This document shows, piece by piece, positions 1 through 38,742 of a stretch of 64,000 bases of DNA. Made by a program: the position numbers and the translations under genes. The stretch's first letter is position 1; each line of letters opens with the position of its first letter. Source of the DNA: the human T2T-CHM13v2.0 reference genome, Homo sapiens; assembly GCF_009914755.1 (NCBI RefSeq), contig NC_060943.1. One strand, given 5' to 3'. The notes under the pieces are model-generated. The model saw nothing but the letters and a program-made list of their open reading frames with translations. It was not told the DNA's origin and made no database searches.

Positions 1-168
1 CATGATTGCACCACTGCACTCCAGCCTGGGTGAAAAAGAGAGGCTCTGTCTCCAAAAGAAAAGAAAATGCATAAAGTATACAAGAGAAGGCATCTTGCAT
101 TTGACTCCGGGAAACTTGTAGTCTAGGTCTCCTGCCAAGATGCTGCTTCCTCTTCATTATTCTATTAG

Positions 169-441
169 ATCAATGCTTGGAATCTGGAAACTGCAGAGCC
201 GGTATTCCATATCCTGGGAGATGCCTCTGATCCTTGGATGTGCATGGCCGTGCTGGCCTCCCAGGCCACACTGCTGACAGTGTCCAGGGATGGTGTGGTC
301 AGTCTGTGGAGCTCAGCTACGGGAAAACTTCAGGGGAAGCAACATATGTCCAGCATCAAAGAAGAAACACCTACCTGTGCCGTCTCAGTCCAGAAGCAAG
401 GAAAGCTTGTTACCGGGTTTAGCAATGGCTCCATCTCTTTG
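169..441 (+). CDS. NWD1: NWD1 internal coding exon (WD40 region), INAWNLETAEPVFH...GFSNGSISL
   Basis: tctattag| acceptor and TTG|gtaagc donor. 273 nt, phase 0/0, WD-like ends (INAWNL, VSLWSS). In frame with the next exon. Confidence 0.93.
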
Positions 442-521
442 GTAAGCACCTTTACTGACTATGATGTGAACATTAACTCAGCTTGAAAGTGCTCAGATGT
501 GCTAGAAGTTGGGAAAAATAA

Positions 522-3900
<3,379 letters not shown>

Positions 3901-3912
3901 CTTTCTTTCCTT

Positions 3913-5427
<1,515 letters not shown>

Positions 5428-5428
<1 letters not shown>

Positions 5429-5567
5429 CTTCCTTTCTCCCTTCTTACTTTCTTTCCTCTTCTTCCTTCCTTCTTCCCCTTCTCATTTCTCTCCTTCCTC
5501 CCTTCCTCTTTACTTTTCTTCCTCTCTACCTCCTTGACTCTCCTCTCTCCTTCCTCCCTTCCTTCCA
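5428..5567 (+). repeat. CT-rich polypyrimidine low-complexity tract
   Basis: About 140 nt almost entirely C/T. Confidence 0.9.
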
Positions 5568-5867
5568 TCATAGTTATCAAAGGCCTGCTGTGTGCCCAGC
5601 TTTGTGCTAGTTTCTGAGATACCATGATGAGCCAAATAGGCAGTCCCTGCCCTCCAGGAACTTACAGTTTCATTATAATAACTTTACAAGTTTCCTTAAG
5701 ATGAGTGATTACTGGCTGGGTACGGTGGCTCAGGCCTGTAATCCCAGCACATTGGAAGTCCGAGGTGGGCGGATCACTTGAGATCAGGAGTTTGAGACCA
5801 GCTTGGCCAGCATGGTGAAACCTGGTATCTACTAAAAAATACAAAATTTAGCCAGGCATGGTGGTCA

Positions 5868-6284
<417 letters not shown>

Positions 6285-6348
6285 TTACATGCATGTGCCA
6301 CCACACCTGGCTAATTTTTGTATTTTTAGTAGAGAATAAAATACATGA

Positions 6349-6480
<132 letters not shown>

Positions 6481-6548
6481 TGATGGAAGGAATGACCCTC
6501 AATCTCCTCTGGACATGAGAGGTGTAACCCCAGTTCCTGCCGTTTCAG

Positions 6549-6703
6549 GCTTTGGAAGATCGGTGCGGATATTCTTGGCGGACTCGAGGGGCTTTCGCCG
6601 ATTCATGGCCATGGATCTGGAACATGAAGACATGGTGGAGACGGCTGTTTTTGGTACTGAGAACAACCTGATCATCACGGGGTCCCTTGATGCGCTCATT
6701 CAG
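6549..6703 (+). CDS. NWD1: NWD1 coding exon (G)[14 protein letters not shown]...[10 protein letters not shown]
   Basis: gtttcag| acceptor and CAG|gtgagg donor. 155 nt, phase 1/0. WD40 signature [11 protein letters not shown] spans the junction. Confidence 0.93.
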
Positions 6704-7128
6704 GTGAGGGGAGATCTGGGACCCTTCATCCTCACCTCCACCTCGGGAACAGACACTGATTCTTTAGGGATTTTTGGCTGCAAAATACAGACACCCACAA
6801 AAATGAGTGCAGGCAAAATAGGTGAGTTCATTGGGAGGATATGGGGGTGTATCCTCCGCCCCAGTGGCAGACCTGGGTGAGAATTACTGAAATGTTCAAC
6901 AAAGGAGGTAGCATTCCCAAACTGATCCTCAAACCTTGGGGGCAGATTTGTGCCTTCAGAGTGGAGCAGGGTTGTGGGGGAGGAAAATTCTCAATTTAAG
7001 TTCAAAGTTGTCCAAGCTGGAGAGAAAAGTAGATGGTGAAATAGCAGATCTTCAGTGTTTTAGTCTCAGGCCTCTTGAAGTTCTCTTTTTTTCCCCCTCC
7101 TTCTTATGAGCTATTTTTTCCAGTTTTA

Positions 7129-7278
<150 letters not shown>

Positions 7279-7461
7279 TTAGCCGGGCGTCATGGCATGT
7301 GCCTGTAGTCCTAGCTACTCAGGAATCTGAGGTGGGAGGATCACATGAGCCTGGGAGGTAGAGGCTGCAGTGAGCTGTGATTACGCCACTGCACTTCAGC
7401 CTGGGTGACAAAACAAGAACCTGTCTCCAAAAAAATAAGAATAATTTTCTTTATTTTTTGA

Positions 7462-7680
<219 letters not shown>

Positions 7681-7792
7681 TGATCAGCTGCCTTGGCCTC
7701 CCAAAGTGCTGGGATTACAGGCGTGAGCCACCATGTCTGGCTAGAATAAAATAATTAAAAAAAAAAAAACATTAAAAGTTTTGAGCTTCCAG

Positions 7793-7848
7793 ACCCTCTA
7801 AAAAAGGTTTACAGGGCACCCTCTAAAAAAGGTTTACAGGGCACCCTC
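7793..7848 (+). repeat. Perfect 25-bp tandem duplication (ACCCTCTAAAAAAGGTTTACAGGGC)x2
   Basis: Read directly from the sequence. Confidence 0.95.
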
Positions 7849-7971
7849 CAGGAGTTCCCTGGAACACACTTTGGGAACTGCTCTGGAAGCTGATGGGTTC
7901 AAGCCTGAGTAAGTTAAAGGAATGGGAAGATGTGAAGGCCCTTGAACTTACAGCCTGAAAATTCACCTTAG

Positions 7972-8506
<535 letters not shown>

Positions 8507-8702
8507 TAGAGATGGGGTTTCTCCATGTTGGTCAGGCTGGTCTCGAACTCCTGACCTCAGGTGATCCACCTGCCTCAGCCTCCCAAAGTGTTGGGATTAC
8601 AGGCGTGAGCCACCGCGCCTGGCCCAATGGGCTGAAGCGTATTTCTGAACTATAGTTGTCCACAGAAGATGTCAGATCTGCCCTCCTGTTCTGCTTCCTC
8701 AG

Positions 8703-8979
8703 GTGTGGAGTCTGTCAGAACAGGGGACCCTTCTGGACATCCTGGAAGGCGTCGGGGCCCCCGTGAGCCTGCTGGCCCGCGGCGGGGCTTTGGTGGCATC
8801 TGCTTCCCCACAGTCCTCATCTTTCAAGGTCTGGGATCTCAGCGATGCTCATAGGTCCCGGGTGCCTGCACCATTTCTGGACCGCACCGGCCTCACCGCA
8901 GTGTCCCACAATGGAAGCTACGTCTACTTCCCCAAAATTGGGGACAAAAACAAAGTCACTATTTGGGACTTGGCAGAAG
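8703..8979 (+). CDS. NWD1: NWD1 coding exon [16 protein letters not shown]...KVTIWDLAE(G)
   Basis: ttcctcag| acceptor. AAG|gttggt is the only nearby GT giving an open frame into the next exon. WD motifs FKVWDL and VTIWDL. Confidence 0.9.
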
Positions 8980-9030
8980 GTTGGTAAGGTATAAGTATGG
9001 TCATTTTTGTGGGTAAGGCTTGGAGCCATC

Positions 9031-12252
<3,222 letters not shown>

Positions 12253-12453
12253 ATTCCTATAACTTCAATCAGGTAGAAAGTAGCTAGTCAAAAACAGGTT
12301 TTCATTAGCAACACCAATGAACTAAGACAGGCCCAAGCTCCTGATACCATTCCACAGAGGGTGATGATTTTAACATAGGAATTTGTCAGGGGGACACAAA
12401 TCTTCAGTCCATAACACGCCTATAACTTCAATCAGGTGGAAACTAGCTAGTCA

Positions 12454-16335
<3,882 letters not shown>

Positions 16336-16405
16336 ACCACCAGGGAAGCAGGGCTGCTGTGATTCACTCTCAGTGTAAGTCATTCTCATTTTTCTTCCCT
16401 GGCAG

Positions 16406-16956
16406 GCGAGGAACAAGATTCCCTGGACACCTCCAGTGAGATCAGGTGTCTGGAGGTTGCTGAGCAGCGCAAGCTCCTATTTACGGGCCTCGTGTCGGGG
16501 GTCGTCCTTGTGTTCCCCCTGAATTCCAGGCAGGACGTGATATGCATTCCCCCTCCCGAGGCCCGGAAAGCAATCAACTGCATGTCCCTGAGCAAGTGCG
16601 AGGACCGCCTGGCCATCGCCTATGACAACATCGTCCTGGTGCTGGACATCACCTCCGGGGACCCCTGCCCGGTCATCGATGGGCCAAGATACACCTTTTA
16701 CACTCAGCTGCCCGAGACCCTCTCCAGCGTGGCCATTCTGACGGACTACCGCGTGGTCTACAGCATGACCAATGGGGACCTCTTTCTTTACGAGTGTGCA
16801 ACTTCCAAAGCGTTTCCCTTGGAGACCCACAGGAGCCGAGTTGCCTGTGTGGAGGTCAGCCACAAGGAGCAGCTGGTGGTCAGCGGGTCTGAGGATGCCC
16901 TGCTGTGTCTCTGGGACCTGCAGGCACGCAAGTGGAAATTCGAGATGAGCTACACG
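16406..16956 (+). CDS. NWD1: NWD1 coding exon (G)EEQDSLDTSSEIRCL...LCLWDLQARKWKFEMSYT
   Basis: tttttcttccctggcag| acceptor and ACG|gtgggt donor. 551 nt, phase 1/0. Canonical WD40 repeat THRSRVACVEVS...VSGSEDALLCLWD. Confidence 0.95.
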
Positions 16957-17088
16957 GTGGGTGGCCCGCCTCCCCATGTTCATGCTAGACCCAGGCATTG
17001 GAAAACTGATAGATAGCCATCATTTACTAAGCACACACCATGGGCCATCGACCAGGATGGGACTGGGGTGATGAAAATGAGGCACTTG

Positions 17089-21540
<4,452 letters not shown>

Positions 21541-21564
21541 GATCATATTGTCTGTTTTCAACAG

Positions 21565-21670
21565 AGTTCTTACTGCAGAGGGGTCCAATGTGCTTGCTTC
21601 TCCAAGGATGACAAGTATGTGTACGTGGGCTTAAAGGATCGCTCTATACTTGTTTGGAGTGTGCTGGATG
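21565..21670 (+). CDS. NWD1: NWD1 penultimate coding exon SSYCRGVQCACFSKDDKYVYVGLKDRSILVWSVLD(G), candidate cassette exon
   Basis: ttttcaacag| acceptor and ATG|gtgagt donor. 106 nt, phase 0/1, WD40 repeat. Confidence 0.9.
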
Positions 21671-22279
21671 GTGAGTCATTTTGCTTTTAGGGCAGGATTG
21701 AGCTTCGATCTGGAGAGAAAAGGCTCTGACCTGGGTCCTGGGCATTAGAGGGCCCTGCTCTGGCCACCTCTAGCTGCATCCCTTAGCTTTTAGGAAGGTG
21801 TCTGCAGGCAAAGGCAAAGGGCCCACAATCCCTCTTCTAGACCCATGCTCTGGAGTTCGAGAACTCCCTCCCTTGAGTTTTCATTAGGGCATGCACAGGC
21901 TTCCTGCATACAGCCATCCTTCCGAGGATAGACTGGGCTCCTGGTGTGTGCACTTCTGGGCTCAGGAGTAGCCATGGGGTGGTATGGATGGAGTTTGGGT
22001 GTCTGAGTTGGTTGTGAGATGGAGCTGAGAAGAGTGAGAAGAGGGTCAAGTCACTAGTAGTGGGGGGCTGGTTACATCACTACATTCCAGCATAGAACCC
22101 TGAGGAGCCCAAGAATTCTCAATCTGTTTCCAGGTGTTTGTGAAGGTTCCTTCATCAATATAAGAGGACACAGCATATTCTATTTAATAGTTTATTCCCT
22201 AGAATTGCAATGTTTATATATGGTGTCTTCTTGGATGTGGGTCTTATTTCATTCTTTGCCCCCGCCTTATAGATGTTAG

Positions 22280-22424
<145 letters not shown>

Positions 22425-22477
22425 TAGCTGGGATTACGGGCGCCCACCACCACACTCAGCTAATTTTTGTATTTTGA

Positions 22478-22672
<195 letters not shown>

Positions 22673-22999
22673 TAGCAAGAGTTAACACTGGCTGGGTGCA
22701 GTGGCTCAAGCCTGCAATCCCAGCACTTTGGGAGGCCGATGTAGGAGGACTGCTTGAGGCCAGGAGTTCAAGACTAGTCTGGACAACATAGCGAGACTCT
22801 GTCTCTACAAAAAAAAAAAAATTAAAAATTATCCAGGCATGGTGGTACATGCTTGTAGTCCCAGCTACTCAGGAGGATAAAGTGATCATGGGAGGTCGAG
22901 GTGTGGGAGATTGAGGCTGCAGTGAGCCATGATAGCACCATTGCACTCCAGCCTGGGCAACAGAGTGAGACCCTGTCAAAAAAAATGAGTTAACATTTT

Positions 23000-23800
23000 T
23001 TGTATACTGGGTACTGTCCTTAAGTCATTTAACTCTCTCAACACTCACTCCCATTTACAGAGCAAAAACTGAGGCTCTGAGAGGCTGGCAGACTTGCCTA
23101 AGGTCACACAGTGAGTAACTAGTAGGCTTAGGTTTGAGGCTGACCTTCCTGATTTCAGTACGCCTTTGTCACTTTCTTACACTGTCTCCTATAGAAAAGG
23201 CGCTCATTGTGTATTATCTCTTTGAACCCTTATGACACTAGTAGGAGATAAGTATCATTGCTATCCTTGTTTGACAATGAAGAAGCTGAGGATCAGAGAG
23301 GTTAGGAGACTTGCCCAAGGTCACAAAACAAGTAAGTGGCTGAATAAATATCAGGTGGAGCCTACTACATTGTAGTTGAATACACTGTAATCTGATACAT
23401 AGTAAACTATAACACTATTATACATTGTAGTATAATATGCTGTAGCAAAGATATATACAACTGGTATAAAGTTACAGATGGCTCAGAAGATGAAGGTTGA
23501 GGACTGTGGCCTTAAAAGCCCATCCTGGGCCAGTTCACAACCTCTCTTCCTTCTCCTCCTTCAACAATAATATTTACTGAGCTCACTCTGGGCCAAAAAC
23601 CTACACTAAGCACATGACCTGCATGATGCCTTTCAATCTTAAAAATCGCCCTGAGCAGGTGTAGGTTCTGTTATCATTCCCATTGTGCAGATAAAGGAAG
23701 AGGGACTCTTTGGCATAATAAATGTCATGCCAAAATTAGTAGAGGGCATAGCAGGAATTTTATTCCATGCAGCCAACTCTGGAATGTGTAGGATTGGACC
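23000..23800 (-). mobile_element. Several degenerate MIR copies
   Basis: MIR core-like CCATTTACAGAGCAAAAACTGAGGCTCTGAGAGG...ACTTGCCTAAGGTCACACAG, seen two to three times. Confidence 0.7.
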
Positions 23801-23847
23801 TCTACACCCCATTTTTCTCATTTGTGTCCTTCTCTTCACCCTTACAG

Positions 23848-24149
23848 GCACCCTGCTGACAGTCCAGTTTGTCCATGCTGTGGTAAACAGAATCATCCCA
23901 ACCACCAGTGGCTTCATTGCCCCCACCAGGCATGGTTATCTGATCCGAGAGAATTTCCAGTGCCTTTCAGCAAAAGCCTCACCGCAGGACCCTCTTAAGA
24001 ACTTCAAGAAGGCAATGTGGATGGTCAAATCCAGGCAGAGAGAGGAGCTAGTTGCAGCTGCAGGAGCTCCCCAGGACTTGGAGTCAGAAAGTGCCCAGGG
24101 AAATGAAACCAAATCAAACAAATGCTCACAAGTGTGCCTGATAGTGTAA
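23848..24149 (+). CDS. NWD1: NWD1 last coding exon (G)TLLTVQFVHAVVNR...KSNKCSQVCLIV*
   Basis: cttcacccttacag| acceptor, phase 1. TAA at 24147-24149. Confidence 0.92.
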
Positions 24150-25772
24150 AAAAATAAAAATAAAAAAACCCTGTGGGGGTATGGGGCTCCAGTGAGTTAG
24201 CCCCATTTAATCTAGTTAAAGCAAAAAGAATACGTTTGCTGGTGTATATCTGGACCCATGGCTTCAGATTATGGCTTCAGACCTTGTCTCTTCTCATCTT
24301 TCCATTATTCTTTCCTCTTTTTCATTTTCATTCTCAGACTTGCCACCCCCAGGTTAGCAACATGGTGGCCAATATGCTGCTGTCTCCAATTTCAATAGAA
24401 AAGAGAGCTTCTCTTTCCCAACAGTCCTAGCCTCAACTCTACTGGTCCCAATTGGCCCATACGCCTAGCCCTAAACCAATTATTATATCTGGGAGAATGC
24501 AGAGCTCTAATCGGCTAGACTGATCCAATGTCCACCACTGGGACTGAGAATAGAAGAGATTACTCCTGAGATGCAAACTGGAGTTCTGGTACCAGATGAA
24601 GGGGGAACGGATGAATGTGAGATACAGCAAATCACTGATGTGGACCACAGAACCTCACAGTTTATAAAGCTGTAGATGCTGTCATCTGATCCTCATCACA
24701 ACTCATACTTTAGGGAGGGCAGGAGTTTCTGTATCTATTTTACAGATGAGGAAACTGAGCCTTGCGGAAGTAGTTATAATTTGATTCAGGTCACAAGTCC
24801 AAGGTGCAAGAGCTCTGAGAGTGAGCCTTCTGTCCCATTCCTGTTAGACCTCACTCCAATTTCAGTCTGCAGAGCACAACCATCTCTTCCACAGGCACCA
24901 CACTCAAATGCTCACAGGAGCTAGTGACTAATCTAGACACTTCCATGCACCTGGGTGAGCAGCAGGGAGAGACAGAGACTGGACATGTGGAAGGCAGAGA
25001 TTGTGTCTAGGGTGGGTATGAGCAGCCTGACTGTAGCCCAGAATCACCATGGCCAAACAAGCCCACTGCTGTCAGTGCTTCCAGTTGTAATAAGCAAAGC
25101 CAGAAATCCAGACTTTTATGCAAAAATGTTCTGACTTTTAAAGTTGGCGATTGGTTGAATTTATATCTATAGTGCATTTGGCATGTGCGTCTTTGGTTAA
25201 TGAGCTGACTTCAGGACTCACGCTGGCAGTAAAACAATCAACATGTTATAGTTCATCCCTCTCTATTCCTTGGCTCCCAAACTTTTGGGATAAAGATGTG
25301 GGTTTTTAATCTTAAAAACTGGAGGCTCTTGGAAGTAGAAAGAGCTGCTGATCTCTCCCTGCTTTGCTTTTGAACTGTCTGCCTTGTGCAAGTTCAACAG
25401 TCAAACTGTTTTCATTCCACTTAAGTGGATCTTTCTTCTTTGCCCACAGCCTTCTAAAAGCCCTTCTCAGTCTTCTCAGGCTTTTACTTTAATGCTAGGA
25501 TAGTCTAAATCTTCAAGGTGGCTATCCCTTCTCCCCTCCGTGGAATTCCTGATAGAGTCTCAATAAAAGCAACCTTAGAAACAGAGGCTTTTGAGCTGAA
25601 CAAGACCCTACTGCTGTCTTATTCATCCATTTTCCAAACCAGTTTTCCAAGGCAGGTTTTGGTAGTTCTGCAAATGTTAGTGTCAAATTTCATTTAAAAA
25701 TATTTTAAACTGTAATTTTAAGATGTATGCTTGGATGTATTGGGCAGCAGCTTCTAAGGTGTTGAAGATTAC

Positions 25773-26479
<707 letters not shown>

Positions 26480-26754
26480 ATTTAGGATTCTTCTGCCATT
26501 TTCATTTAACTGATTTAACTGAAGAGCCCAATTAAATTGTGAAGGGAGCCCTGAAAAAATTAGCTACTCTTTGCCACTGCTTCTCTGTGAATCAAGGGCT
26601 TACCCAATGCAGAAATAAAGTAGATGTTGAGACCAATTAAGATTTCACCTACAAATTCTGATTTTAAATGCCTGTGTCCATCTCCACAGCCTCAGTGAGA
26701 ATTGATTGTTTTGTAGATAAATCCTAATTTAAACATTGGAAATGCCTTTTTACT

Positions 26755-26760
26755 AATAAA
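26755..26760 (+). terminator. NWD1: Polyadenylation signal AATAAA (likely NWD1 main site)
   Basis: Hexamer preceded by U-rich sequence and followed by ...gagtttttgcagtgtttattc. Confidence 0.65.
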
Positions 26761-26849
26761 ATGCTACAACAAATTATTGCTTATATTGGGAGTTTTTGCA
26801 GTGTTTATTCATTTGAAAAAGAGTTTGGTTGCTAAGAAAGTTTGACAGT

Positions 26850-29975
<3,126 letters not shown>

Positions 29976-30077
29976 ATTAAAAGATGTCTTTGTACTATTG
30001 TCCTCATGATAAATATACACATGTGTGCACATACATACATGTACACACATGCCCCAGATGGAACTGGCTTGTGGTTT

Positions 30078-31955
<1,878 letters not shown>

Positions 31956-32100
31956 GTTTCCTCTTCCCCAAATGAAAGAGGGCCTTTGCTGATCATTTGA
32001 GAGAAAACAAATTTGAGTAGAAGCCACACTCCCTGTGGGGAGGGGCACACTGTGGGACAACTCTGTTGGCCCTCAAGGACGATGACTAATAGGTTGCTGA

Positions 32101-33555
<1,455 letters not shown>

Positions 33556-33556
33556 G

Positions 33557-34094
33557 TGTCAGAGGTGTTTGAACCAGAGGAACCCCGACTTGAATAGGGG
33601 CTGGGTAAAATAAGACTAAGACCTACTGCACTGCATTCCCAGATGGTTAAAGCATTCTTAGTCACAGGATGAGATAGGAGGTCAGCACAACATACGGGTC
33701 ATAAAGACCTTGCTGATAAAACAGGTTGCAGTAAAGAAGCCGGCCAAAATCTACCCAAATCAAAATGACCTCTGGTGGTCCTCACTGCTACACTCCCACC
33801 AGCGCCAAGACAGTTTAGAAATGCCATGGCAACGTCAGGAAGTTACCCTCTATGGTCTAAAAAGAGGAGGCATGAATAATCCACCCCTTGTTTAGCATAT
33901 CATCAAGAAATAAATCATAAAAATGGGGAATAAGCGGCCCTCGGGGCTGCTCTGTCTGTGGAGTAGCCATTCTTTGTTCCTTTATTTTCCTTATAAACTT
34001 GCTTTCACTTTACAGACTCTCCCTGAATTCTTTCTTGCGTGAAATCCAAAAACCCTCTCTGGGGGGTCTGGATCGGGACCCATTTCCTGTAACA
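33557..34094 (+). mobile_element. Uninterrupted MER41A LTR
   Basis: TGTCAGAGGTGTTTGAACCAGAG...CCTGTAACA, 538 bp, colinear with the preceding copy. Confidence 0.88.
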
Positions 34095-34189
34095 CTGGGA
34101 GGCTTTGGTAAGAAACGGACTGTCCAGACATCTGGTGGCCACAGAGTGTTCAGTCTGCCTTCGCTGCTCTTCCTGGCTGGGAGCCACAA

Positions 34190-36610
<2,421 letters not shown>

Positions 36611-36639
36611 AGTGGTGGAAAAAGTGGAGTTTTTTGTTT

Positions 36640-37596
<957 letters not shown>

Positions 37597-37779
37597 AAAG
37601 TACCAGAGTTAGGAGGCTCCTAAACTGGTCCAGATGGGAAGTGACGGGGCCAAGGATAGGGAAGTGAAGATGGGAGGAGTAGGACTAACTTAAAGGCCAT
37701 TTAGCAAAAATTCACCACGCAAGGCCCTATATTAGGGCGCTGGGGGCTCATACCTCATCGTCCCGTCAACTCTATAAAG

Positions 37780-38094
37780 CAGGGGCCAACAAACTTTTTC
37801 CATAAAAGGCCAGATCGTAAATACTTCAGGGTCTGCAGATCTGTAGGATCTTTAGCAACTACCTACTCTGTTGTAAGGCGAAAGCAGGCAGAGAAGCCAG
37901 GTAAACGCGTGGGCGTGTCTGTGTGCTAATAAAACTTTATTCAGGGACCCTCAAATGTGAATTTCACAAACTTTTCACAGGTCATAGACTATTCTTCTTT
38001 GGATTTTTCCCCCGGCTATGTAAACATGTAAAAATAATTCTGAGCTTGCGGGGCCGGACAAAGTAGGCGGCGGGTCTTGGCTCGCCTACCCCTG
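37780..38094 (+). mobile_element. MER58B-like hAT-Charlie element abutting the SIN3B promoter
   Basis: CAGGGGCCAACAAACTTTTTCCATAAAAGGCCAGATCGTAAATA...AATAAAACTTTATT...CCTACCCCTG. Confidence 0.7.
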
Positions 38095-38265
38095 CTATAT
38101 AAATCATTAATTATGATACCAATCTTAAGGAGAAGGTCTTCAGAAGAGTCCCTCAAAGAGCACCGCCCCTCAACGTCATCAAACCCCGCCTCCAAAGGCG
38201 GAGGCTGCGCATGCGCGGCAGGACCTCGGGCGGGGGCGGGGCGGGGCGCAGCTCCGACTTCGGAC

Positions 38266-38385
38266 ATGGCGCACGCTGGCGGTGGCAGCGGTGGCAGCGG
38301 TGCCGGCGGCCCCGCGGGCCGGGGGCTGAGCGGCGCCCGCTGGGGTCGCTCGGGCTCCGCAGGCCACGAGAAGCTGCCGGTGCAC
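38266..38385 (+). CDS. SIN3B: SIN3B exon 1 [18 protein letters not shown]...HEKLPVH
   Basis: ATG in strong Kozak context (GACATGG) and CAC|gtgagt donor. Recognised SIN3B N-terminus. Confidence 0.95.
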
Positions 38386-38635
38386 GTGAGTGGCGTCCCC
38401 GCCCTCCCTCGGGGAACCCATCTTCTGGACCCCGCGGGCGGGCGCCCCTCACCCAGGCCCCGCCCGGCCCCAGCCCCACCTCGGCCTCCCCTCTGCACTG
38501 CCCCGGACCCCTCACCCCTCACCTCTCACCTCGGCCCTCCGAAAGCCCAGCCCATCCCCTTCCCCTCAGGGACCCCGGCCCCTCGTCCCCTCGTTCCGCG
38601 GCCAGGGCCCACCGGGACCCTCCCCCTCTCTGCAG

Positions 38636-38742
38636 GTAGAAGACGCCCTCACCTATCTGGACCAGGTGAAGATCCGCTTTGGCAGCGACCCTGCCACCTA
38701 CAACGGCTTCCTGGAGATCATGAAGGAGTTCAAAAGCCAGAG
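38636..38742 (+). CDS. SIN3B: SIN3B exon 2, PAH1 ([35 protein letters not shown])
   Basis: ctctctgcag| acceptor and GAG|gtacca donor. PAH domain signature. Confidence 0.96.

Noticed and set aside
23360-23440. Short AT-rich palindromes (ACTACATTGTAGT; TATTATAC-N6-GTATAATA)
   Set aside because: Stems of 6-8 bp are expected by chance in AT-rich sequence.
24148-24168. A-rich run with two AATAAA right after the NWD1 stop
   Set aside because: It could be a proximal poly(A) signal, but it is equally an oligo-dT internal-priming site. It is not evidence of a retrocopy, because the gene has introns.
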